A stretch of DNA of 60,722 bases, counting the filler, from Sphacelaria rigidula (Eukaryota), in NCBI GenBank assembly GCA_964200075.2. It is 6 parts of 6 records of this genome, joined end to end, with 100 filler letters (N's around TTAATTAATTAA, not from the genome) between each part and the next. Parts side by side here need not be neighbours in the genome. Positions count along the whole stretch, not along the records: positions 50,687 to 60,722 come from CAXNAA020007276.1; 5 more parts are not named here. One strand, given 5' to 3'. Of the stretch, positions 50,587-60,722 are shown piece by piece (within the stretch, counting starts at the first letter, position 1; each line of letters begins with the position of its first letter). A program made the position numbers and the translations under genes. The notes under the pieces were generated by a model. The model made no database searches. It saw nothing but the letters and a program-made list of their open reading frames with translations, and was not told the origin of the DNA.

Positions 50587-50686
50587 NNNNNNNNNNNNNN
50601 NNNNNNNNNNNNNNNNNNNNNNNNNNNNNNTTAATTAATTAANNNNNNNNNNNNNNNNNNNNNNNNNNNNNNNNNNNNNNNNNNNN
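50587..50686. other. Artificial scaffold linker
   Basis: N44-TTAATTAATTAA-N44. Confidence 0.98.
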
Positions 50687-53678
50687 TTCCGCCGCGAGTG
50701 CCTGGGGGGAGAACCGACGCTTCTGTGAGCCTTTTTTTTTTGTAGAATCGGCCCCCCCCCCCCTCTCGGTGCTCCGTCTTGAAAGGAATGCGTGGTCAAT
50801 GCTCAAACGACTAAGGTAAGCAACAAATGAGTACCCCCGCCCCCCTTCCCCTCCCCTAAAGGAGCATGACTCCCTGATCCTTTGGCTACCACGGCGCTCA
50901 TGACCATGTGTGGAAATACAGGTAATGTATCATTTACTTCGTTGTTTGCTCACCGACCGGCATAAAATGAACGAATAGCTGTGTCAGTGGATCAACTATC
51001 GAAAAGTGGCAAGCGTCTGCGCAGGTTAATGCGTTCGTAATCAGTCAGCCAAGTATGTTTTGGGGGGGAATGGTTCGATTTTGGCTTATAGAGGGTTGTG
51101 CTCGCCACCGATCTCTTGGGAGGGGTTTCCGGCGGCCGACGAATCTTCACAAAATATCACAGGCTCCAAAATAGATGACATATTTTTTGCACAGCGAAAT
51201 CTACATGTGTACGAACGAGGGGAAGGGCTAGCAAGCACGGAAAAAAAGAGCTGACGCAACGATTCCTTCGTATATTACACCCTTTGCCCCGAGCAGCCGC
51301 TGGTAACAGCGTACGCAGTAGGTGGTATGACGGCCGTGCACTTCTGTAACGATTGTGAGTAACTGCCCTTGACGCACGCAAGAGCCCCATTTCTGCGGTG
51401 TAATGGAGCCATAAACAAGCGCGGATCCCTCCGTAATTATACAGCATACTATGCCCGTCCATGAACAGCGTACTCTGATTTTTTACCCAGGCCATCGAGG
51501 TCTGTTCGGCCAGCACATAATACATGCGATAAGCACTGTGCCCACAGACGTCACTACACTTGTCGTATATCACGTGACAATATTCTTCGCACACGTCATC
51601 GCTGCTGCACAGGCATACATCATGCTGACAACCAAGTCGAGCCAAATGAGGTGGTGGCGAAGACTATGTTTTTCGATCTGACAACAATCCTTCCGCCATT
51701 TGGCGGCACTTTTAATTGTACTGCGGTCACTGTACTGTACGGCTGCAATATTTTGTGGCTCGCACTTGTTTTGCGTGAAGACTGTCAGGCCGTGTCTCGG
51801 GAAAGATATTCTACGATCGAAAGTGTGCGGCAGAAAAGCAAATATCCGATCTGATATGGTCGTCGTTTATGTTGAAATGACGACTTATCATATCGGAGTT
51901 TACCTATCCCACCGCACTTTTCCGCTAGAAAAGTTATGTGTGCTGAGACACGCGCTCAGGCCAATGATATTGCCTGCTGGTCATTTTCCATGGCGTGACT
52001 ATGTCGCAAATGATGACGACCCACGAACAGGCTTCTGGGTTGATAAGGAGCCATGGTACTGATTGCCAAAGGCCTTGGTTAGGCCCTCTCTTGGCACATT
52101 AATTTTGGATCGAAAGAGGGCGGTGGAAAAAAAATCCTGATCTAATATGTCATTATTTCAGCCATCTTCAAAATTAACGACGATGGTTGAAATTGGGACT
52201 TATCAGGCCGCTTCTTATAGACTGGACAAAAAATTCGTCCAAAATGACTTTTCTCTGAGACTTCCTCCAGAGAAATCAGTTTCACAACCCCACCTTATAT
52301 TCTATAAAAAAATCCTGGAGGTTTGTACACCCGAGGCCATCATCTGGCCGGCGTGCAGACGCTGGTAGTGGTCATCATTTGAATTTTGTGCTTGTACCAC
52401 CTGCGGTAAACCAACACGTAAATAATCCCGTCGAGGTACAGGATGGACGGGATGGCAACATGCACATGCACAGAAGCAACTGGTATGATAGAGATCGAAA
52501 TGATGGGCATATCAAGCCTTACTTAAGCCGATCGCNNNNNNNNNNTTGGTACAGTAGTCGTGTCGCAAGCGGCGCAATGTGTGCAACAGACGGTTTGTGC
52601 CATACCGCACACAAAAAATTCACGTGGCAGTTAAGAGTGCGGTAGCAACCGTCTCAGTACGCAGAATACTCAAGAGTCCGCAATCGGTGGCGGGCACAAC
52701 AAGCATGGAACTATACAGGCAGTCAACGCAGCCAGCAGGGGCGACGTCGTGCTATTTTACTGTAGCACCGCTGCCGGCAAAAAAACACTGCACTGACTGT
52801 ACTATCAGTCCCCGGTCCTACGGTCATGAAGAGGATGCACGGAGTGCTGCAACAGCTATGCTGTTGGCACTGTACTGTACATACAACATGGACAACTACT
52901 TTTGCTCTGACTGCGCTATGCTTGTGTGTGATGAGGTACTGACTGTACCATTGCGGGTGTGGTGTGCAAGGAATATGTGATGGAACGACAATTCCCAGAC
53001 AGAGAAGAGTCTCTGCGAATCTATGGCTTTTCGTAAAGAGATTCGTCAAAATCCCGCTGTCTGCAAATTGTAGCCAGTGTCCAGATACTTTTTTCATGAA
53101 AAATGGCACTAGAAGGTCGTGCTCCATAAAAATATCTGGAGACTCGCCAAAGCGACTTTTTTTAGAGACGTTTTTCAGTCTATGGAAATCGGCCTCAGAT
53201 CGGGATGTTTGCTTTCCACCACACAATTTCGATCGAAAAGAAATGTGCCATGACGGGGCCTTCGTTCACTGGACCGTCAGCGAACTAAATCTCGGAAAAG
53301 AAACCATCTGGACTTACTGTGAAGGGTTGAACCCCTGGGCGCTGGTCGGCAACAGCATCACTGGCTGAACTTCAACGCTGGTGTCCCCGTTGCCATGGTA
53401 GACGAACTTTTTCTATCCGAGCACCATCTTCACTCAACGACATGCCGTGATTTCCGTGGTATCCTAGCGCCGACCGACATCCGGTCATTTTCCACATGTG
53501 GCTTTTCTCCCCCAAAAGGGGTTAAGTCGTTCGAACTGCATTTTTTTTGTTTCTACACGGGGCGAATGGCAAAGTAATTCCCCCCACTCTTTTCCGTTTG
53601 CGCGGCCTTCTCTCTCGCGCGCGTTGGTTCCGTCTCTGCTGTTGGTGTCTTTCTGGATGAAGAAGCTCAGGCCGCATC

Positions 53679-56600
53679 ATGGCTCTTCGGATAGCGGCTG
53701 CAGGGCGAACATGCGCCAATGTGGTGGGAACCCGCACCTTCGCGGCCGCCGCGGCTGCATGTAAGTCCTCTTCCGAGTGTACATTTTGGCGTGTGTTCAT
53801 ATTAATGTACTGTTTCTGACAAATTAAAGGATTTGTAGTGTGAAATTCGACCAAGACTAAAAAAGACAGGTGAGGTTTTTATAAAAATCAAAAGACGTCT
53901 GCACGTGTTTCCACACAACCGACATTATTCGAAAAAGATGAGGCGAAAGGACGAGGGCTTCTGCTGTAGATGAGGAAAATACGTGGGAACACTGTGAGAA
54001 TCAAGGGGCAGGTCTAGAATTCACCATTGGTGTGTGCTGTTGGCTCAACGGTTGAGCTCACTTTGTCCGCTTGTGGCCGTCACACGCACCCCGGAACGAG
54101 TTTTCTGTCCTGTATCGGGGAAAAATGGGTTGGTTTTGAGGCCACGGATCCGTCCTGACGAGGGGAAGGAGAAGGGTTTCAAAGTGCGACAAATAAAATA
54201 AACTGAAATAAATGAAGCAATGCTACGATGGGGGTTGCATTTTTCGTTCCCAAGTCTCTTTTTTGTAGAAGCCCGAATATATGAGGCCTACTCTGCAGCC
54301 CAAATCTCCGGGGACCAGACTCCCAGGAACACGAAGTTTGCACGCAGGGGCCTTTTCGTGAATCGGCATTATTTTCAGTATTTTTTTTTACGTAAAAACG
54401 ATGCCGATTCTCGAAATGACCCGTCCGTCCGTAGCATCACTCAATGTGCGATCTTGAAATCCAGCGGTTTAAGACTCTGTTTGACGTGGTTTTTTGTCTG
54501 GGGGGCGGTTGCGCGTTGTACAGCACACGAGCCGCCGCTGAAGCTGTATGGCATCCCCGCCCGGTACGCGAACGCCACGTACATCGCGGCCTCGAAAAAG
54601 GGAGAGCTGGACATGGTGCAGAGGGATCTGGATGCATTCCAACACGTGAGAAATACCTTATGAGGGAGAGCTGAATACCTTGGTTACCTCCGCCGCGCAG
54701 TCGCATCTGTCGTCGAGAGATGTGGTTTGGGGGGGTTGTGAGTGTTTGGTTGATCTTGCTGGCAGTAAAGGGTGGTGTGTGTCCCGCTTCGAGCCTATGA
54801 ACCGACAGTATGCTGCACATCATCCCGGGGATGCGTTTTTCAAAGCATGTTTATCCAAGTCGAGAAGCAGGAACCCAAGGTGTGTGGAACATGCCTCTCC
54901 CAAACACGTCTCTTGACGGATTCGTATCGAACCGAAAAACATTATGCTATAGTCGGCAAACGCCATCGTTGCCCGCCCAGCCTCCTCCAATTTATATCCC
55001 TGTCCCCATTTTTGTACATGTTGTTTTTTGTCGTGATCCACAGATCATCAAAACAAACGCCAACTTCAAGGCATTCTTGACTAACCCCACGATCACCCGT
55101 AGCGAAAAGGTGACCTTGCTCGACAACGCTTTCGACCCCGGATCGAAAACTTCCTCGGTGACCAAGAACCTTCTCGTCACCATGGCGGGCAATGCCAGGC
55201 TCGGTGACGCAGAGAAAGTGAGTTCATCCTTTGCGTGTGGTCATTGTCCGGCTCGAATGGTGCAGTGCTGAGAGTTTTCGGCGTTATGTACACGCTTAAT
55301 ACAGCGCGTGCAATCTTGTAGAATTGTCATGGTCACGGAGCTGACGCGGGAAATATGAATTTCGCATGTCAGTTGATATCCCTCATGATGGGGAAGAAAA
55401 AAAAAAAAGCCAAGAGAAAGAGAGTGGTGGATGTTGCAAGGTATACCCGATTTTCATGGGTTTGGTCCATTTGTTGAGGTGTCGACCGTTGGTAGGTGGT
55501 GTCTCAGCTCATGATTTTTCAAACGAAATCGTGCGGTGGAAAACAAAATTTCCAAGCTGATGGGTCGTAGTGTCCACATGGATGACAAAACTGTACTTGA
55601 AGGCACGTCCTACAAGGCGGGATTTTACCGTCCCACGGCACATTTACGATCGGAGGAAGATCTGGTGAGACACGCCCTTGGATACCCCACAACATCTTCA
55701 GAAAAGCAGCCACATGTGCTTCAAAAGATGGTCTGCATTTGTTCATATCTACCGCGTTTGTTTGCGTTCTATCGGAGGGGTACTGGTAGGTGATCGATGC
55801 GTTCACGCAAATGCTCAAGGTGAAGAAGGGGGAAGTTGACGTGGTCGTCACCACGGCGGAGGCCCTCACCCCTACACAGGAGAAGGCGTTGCAGACCAGC
55901 CTCAAGACCCAGGTGCGGAATAATTCTTGCGTCTATAATGTGTAGCGGCCATGTGCAATTCTGATCGTCCCATGAGGTGTAGTGTACTACTACTAGTTCT
56001 GATCTGTTTCCGAAAATGAAAAGAGTAGGCCCAGCTGCGGGACACTCCTTGCACTGCTGGGGTGTCGTGTAACCGTTACGTGCAATTCTCATGTTTCATC
56101 ACGTGTAGCTCCGATTCCGATATTTTTAGGGCTGTGAACTGGACCAGTTTGTACTGGCAATTGAACTGAAACTGGTGATGAGGACTCCAGTTTATCCTGT
56201 TTATTTGAAGTTCGCCGTTACCGGCTATGTTTATACCATTTTTTGCATAGTTCGTTCATAATAGAGATGCTTACATGATAAACAAAATGACAAGAGGATT
56301 GGGGTCTGCACCTGACAACAGTACAGTACTCGTGGTCACTACACCTTGAAGTGATATTGCGGATATATGCCAGGTTTGTTGTTTCATAGCACAACATACA
56401 CCTGGAATAAAAATAGCATACAAACGGTGATCCGCGACCACGAAGTACAAAGTACACCATGGCTTGCAATTCAACTGCATGCGTGCTTGTGGGTCCGGAC
56501 GTCAATCATCTTGTGCTCTTATCCCCACGTGTTGCCAGCCTTGGCTTGTTTGCATCCTCCTCTCCTCACGGAGAGTCCGCTGCTGCATATTACAGATGAA

Positions 56601-58453
56601 TAGTTTTCGAATCGCTCACAGCTTTGACTGGGATGTGAATGTCATCCGAGAGTGCCCCCCCCAAAAAATCCGAGACCCTATGCCCCTTTTTTGAATCCTG
56701 GAGTCTTTCGGGTGGGGGGGTACTAAATCTTGAACATGACTTGAAAAAAAACGAGATGAAAGAATATAAAAATGAAATTCGTGTTCATGGATCTTAAATT
56801 TCTCGCTGATTCCTTCGCAGCCTAGAAAGGCTAAGCCATATTTATGGGTTCCGGCAATACATTGCACATCACATTTCCACGACAAGAACAAGACCAGACA
56901 AATACCACAATGCTCTGCAATGCTTGCTCGATCAAGCTAGACTCAACCATCTGCACCGTCAATATGCGCCCAATGTGCGTCGCATCATGTGGTGGAAGAT
57001 AGGGCCAACAATCATGGGCGCTACCTCACCGAAGTGGTCCCAAAATGGCTATTTATTGAGGGTTTCTTGATGTGAAGAGGAAAAAAATCCTGCGACCGCC
57101 GCAGGGCGGGGGGGAGGGGGGGGGGTACATAGGATCTCGGAGGGGTTTCTTTTCGGGCACTCCTGTGTCACCCAAGCTCCTCAATATGAGCGGTCACATT
57201 TTCTACAATTTCTCACATTTTTTTAAGGAGAAACATGCCAAATACCGCAATTTTTCTCGCCTACGGCGGCGCTCCTGCGGGACGCCCTCCTGACCTGGGT
57301 TGGATGCTGAACGCGCTGGTTGGCGATATGTTGAATCGGCATCATTTACACCCGAGGAGTAAGATGCATTATGCCGATTTACCACATCGCCTACCCTCAC
57401 GGTTAAAGAGGAACCCTTGGACAGCGAGAGTGAGTTTATCCGTGGAAGCGGTATCAATGTCACTTAAAAATGTGTGCATGATACTGATGGACTACCCTCG
57501 TGGCCTAAGGGTTGAAGCGGTACCTACCCTCAAGTAGACCTCAAGTGGGCACCCTTTACCCTTCTCGGTGCGTTGTACACGGTTACAGTATCACGTTGCT
57601 CTCCTCTGAAATACACGTACGTGTATGCTCACAGCCATCGGGAGCAAGACAAATTATCGGATGTGCTGCTTCGGTAGGTGTTCGCAAAATTTTAATGACA
57701 ATATAGTACAGGTGATGGATTACAGTACAAGTTGTGGCCTCTCTTCCGGTGGCGGTAGGCGCATGAATTCCGCCTCCTTCCCACCCTTCACGACAAGGTC
57801 CTCGGAAAAAAGATTGAAGAGGAAATGATTACATATGCTGCGGGTATATTCCACCAATGTGGAAGTGTAGCAACACCCGAAAGTGTCAGCAGTTGAAGCT
57901 AGAGAAATAGCACCTGGAGTGTGTGCCACGTACGTACTTCGCTTCAGTCATGGAACATGACGAGAAATATACTACACGTTAATCTGTAATCCTCATCTCT
58001 GCGGTCTATCAAGCGCTCGCTCACCGCGAGGTGCTGAGGCTTTTTGCATGTGGTGATCGTCTCAATATTGTCATTCATGTCCTCCACGGTACTCCGTCAC
58101 CCAGGTGGGCGCAGGCAAGACTGTAGTGTTGACTATGGCCGTCAACCCCGCCCTGGTGGGAGGCTTGACGGTGCAGATCGGCGACAAGTTCTTGGATCTC
58201 TCCATTGCCACCAAGGTCTCCTCCATCAAGGTGTGTGTGTGTGTTTTACCCTCGAAGTGTGCCCTGCGTTTTTATCGGGTTTTTTAGCTTCTTTATTCCT
58301 TTACTTGGTAAAAAAAAATCTCGTTTTGGTGTGTTCATGTTGCGATACCTCAGCGATCGAACGGCTCAAGCTTCTCACCTATTAACACCTCATCTGTTGA
58401 CCACTCATTACAAGCAAAATACACAAATCACCTTCCAGCTATCTCTTCTCTGA
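53679..58453 (+). CDS. ATP5PO: Mitochondrial ATP synthase subunit O (OSCP, bacterial delta homologue)
   Basis: In-phase exons: 53679-53760 (MALRIAAAGRTCANVVGTRTFAAAAAA, transit-peptide-like), 54524-54645 (HEPPLKLYGIPARYANATYIAASKKGELDMV), 55044-55217 (FLTNPTITRSEK...TKNLLVTMAGNARL), 55790-55912 (GEVDVVVTTAEALT), 58105-58230 (VNPALVGGLTVQIGDKFLDLSIATKV). The last exon is tentative (58439-58453, LSLL*). Confidence 0.93.
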
Positions 58454-60555
58454 CAAGGACATGCTTCGTTAAGTATTAGTTGCCCGGATACTAACATCCC
58501 TGCGTTGACGTGGTTGATGCATTCTAGCGTAATTCATCTTTGACGCTTTCCCCCCTCCGCCCTGTGTAAATGTGCGTACCACGTGCAGACTCTCATGGCG
58601 GAGTCGATCGCGAACAAGTAAGCGCTTGCAGGGTGTTCGGTCGTGCATCACCGGGATACGATCCGGCACAGCGTTTTCGTGTCAGGGGGCTAGGGGGAGG
58701 GCGGCCTACGAGACCCAAAAATTGCAGAGTTTGCGCACTTTAGTAGATTTATGTTGGACGGAGGCATGGAATAGGATTGGGGGGACTGTTGCTTTTCGTT
58801 GAGCTCGTGTTTTCTCAGTCACGAAGCACCCGATTTCGAGCAAAAGGGACCGTGGATCTTTCTCGATCGGCATCGAGATATTTTGCAAGTGGACTTTTTC
58901 TTTAGCTTTTTGCTCGCGTAGGGAGTACTTTCTCAACACAGGGAGACTGGTCTTTTCTGGCGATGTTGATCAGTATTATGATCGATGACGCGATAATTGA
59001 AGAATCAGGGCTGAAGAAGTGCGAGTAGAAGCAAATTTTACAGGAGTTGCGAACTTTGTGGCGGCTTGATTGTAGAATTCACTTTTTATCTTTCATGCCG
59101 CCGCGATTCTTTTAGCTTCGTTTCAGCAAGAGAGCGAATTTTACCGCAGTAGTAGTCCCAAGAGCTTCGCGGTATTATGTCTGAAGGAATGAAGTGATGT
59201 GCGTGTCGTTTCGAACATGTAGAGGACTGTCCTTTCACGGACTCCACTCATGACACAACGTGGAGGGAGGAAATGGAGCACAAATCATCAGGAACGTTCT
59301 CGGTACTTTCACCGCCGCTGTGAAAAATAGCGGCCTGCTGTGGGGTATTTAACCGCGGTACCGCGGGCCATTTTCTGTACACTGTGGCAGAGTGTACTGC
59401 AAATACTTTGGTACCGTACCGCAACTCACGATTACCGCACGGCAATTGAACTTGATTCACCCAAACCATACGAAGTGCCCCGAAACACCCGGTAACTTAC
59501 CGCACAAGAATAATGATCTCAAAAACGAGGTGCCGATTGTGGAATATATGTACATAACAGTATGCCCTGTTCCAAACAAAGTCACATTTAAATACACCAC
59601 AAACTGGTACCGAACCCGGACTTGACCAGTATTGCACTTATTTTCGTGAGACTTGAAGTGCAGCTTCTGCTTGAGAGTCAGCTTCAATAACTCACTTTCG
59701 TGTAATCTATTCATGCACGCAACACATGGCTGAATGTCAGATGTTGATTCTGATTCTGACTGGTTTTGAGTGTCACATCAGCTGATTCCCCGGGGACCCA
59801 GCCGTGATGACATGAATCAATGTTCTCATTAGAGAGTAAGGAGCGGTCAATCCCAATTTTCGAATTGGCTGTTGTCTCAGGCTAATCCAAATTCGGCATA
59901 AGATTTTTGTGACGGAAAACTCTCTCGTTTTTTTCGGAATGCTTTTCGAAAAACTGCTCAAACCATGACGGCATTATATGGAGTACAGAGTAGTACACTC
60001 AAGACAAGACAATTTTGCAGTGGTGTACGAAGAACAGGGTACTATCCTGGACACAACACAATACGTCAGTTTTGCAGTGTTTTCTAGTTGAGGAACCTGT
60101 TACAGCTTGGTTTAGAGAAAAACCACGAGAAGGAGAAGAAGCAACAGCAGCATCTTTACTGCCAGTAGATGTACGCGGCTGGGGGGTGGGTCTAAATCAG
60201 CCGGTGCCGATCTTTGTGTATAAGCGCTGTCCAGCACGGTGGCTATCATTCGTAAGGTGCGTGGGTGTTGTCGCACGGTTGAAACGCGGGCCGTCGACGA
60301 TCAAGAGCAGCAGTAGCAGCATCGCCGCCGGTTGGTTCAGACCCACTCCCAGCCACGTACATTTACTGGCAATAAATATGCTGCTGCTGCTGCTGCTGCT
60401 GCTTCTCGTACGGACGGTCCACGGCACTTGAAACCCCCCCGCATACACACAAGATCTTGAGGATCTATGAGAGTTGGATATTTTTCTGGCGTCGCGTCAG
60501 CGGCCTGAAAATCCCCCCCAGAGGGGAAAAAACCCTTTTAGTACCTTTAGATATT

Positions 60556-60722
60556 AACACGGGGTCTTACAAATTGGGGATGGATCTTTTATTGGGGATG
60601 AGATACCCGGAGAATTAAAATCTTCGAAATATGGTTCCGTTTCTTCACCTACTGATAGGTATTGACAACTGCTACACGCCATAGAAATTTGGATTTCGCT
60701 CACCAAAATGTTGGGGTCATAG
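60556..60722. mobile_element. Foldback MITE, same family as 26002-26883, truncated by the window end
   Basis: AACACGGGGTCTTACAAATTGGGGATGGATCTTTTATTGGGGATGAG... Confidence 0.85.

Noticed and set aside
707..58453. Functional cluster of SCAR, TFIP11-like and OSCP genes
   Set aside because: They lie on different, artificially concatenated scaffolds.

Overview
Eukaryotic, intron-rich, repeat-rich DNA that looks like a brown alga (Phaeophyceae, Ectocarpus-like; inferred from gene structure and repeat content). The window is not one locus. It is six unrelated scaffolds of 10,038/10,037/10,037/10,037/10,037/10,036 bp joined by an artificial N44-TTAATTAATTAA-N44 linker. Three host genes can be reconstructed exon by exon with consistent GT-AG phases. 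(1) A 5'-truncated SCAR/WAVE actin-nucleation factor (707-7393, +) with two WH2 motifs. (2) Four internal exons of a G-patch protein resembling TFIP11/Ntr1 (31098-37772, -). (3) A near-complete mitochondrial ATP synthase OSCP gene (53679-~58453, +). The rest is degenerate LINE, Ty3/gypsy and Ty1/copia remnants, tRNA-derived SINEs, many foldback/MITE-like elements, micro- and minisatellites, and a large unidentified frameshifted ORF on scaffold 3. I found no convincing novel multi-gene system. The most unusual items are a gypsy-like Gag with a CCCH zinc finger, the tandem-WH2 WAVE, an 880-bp palindrome of palindromes, a MITE carrying telomere-like repeats, and the orphan ORF.
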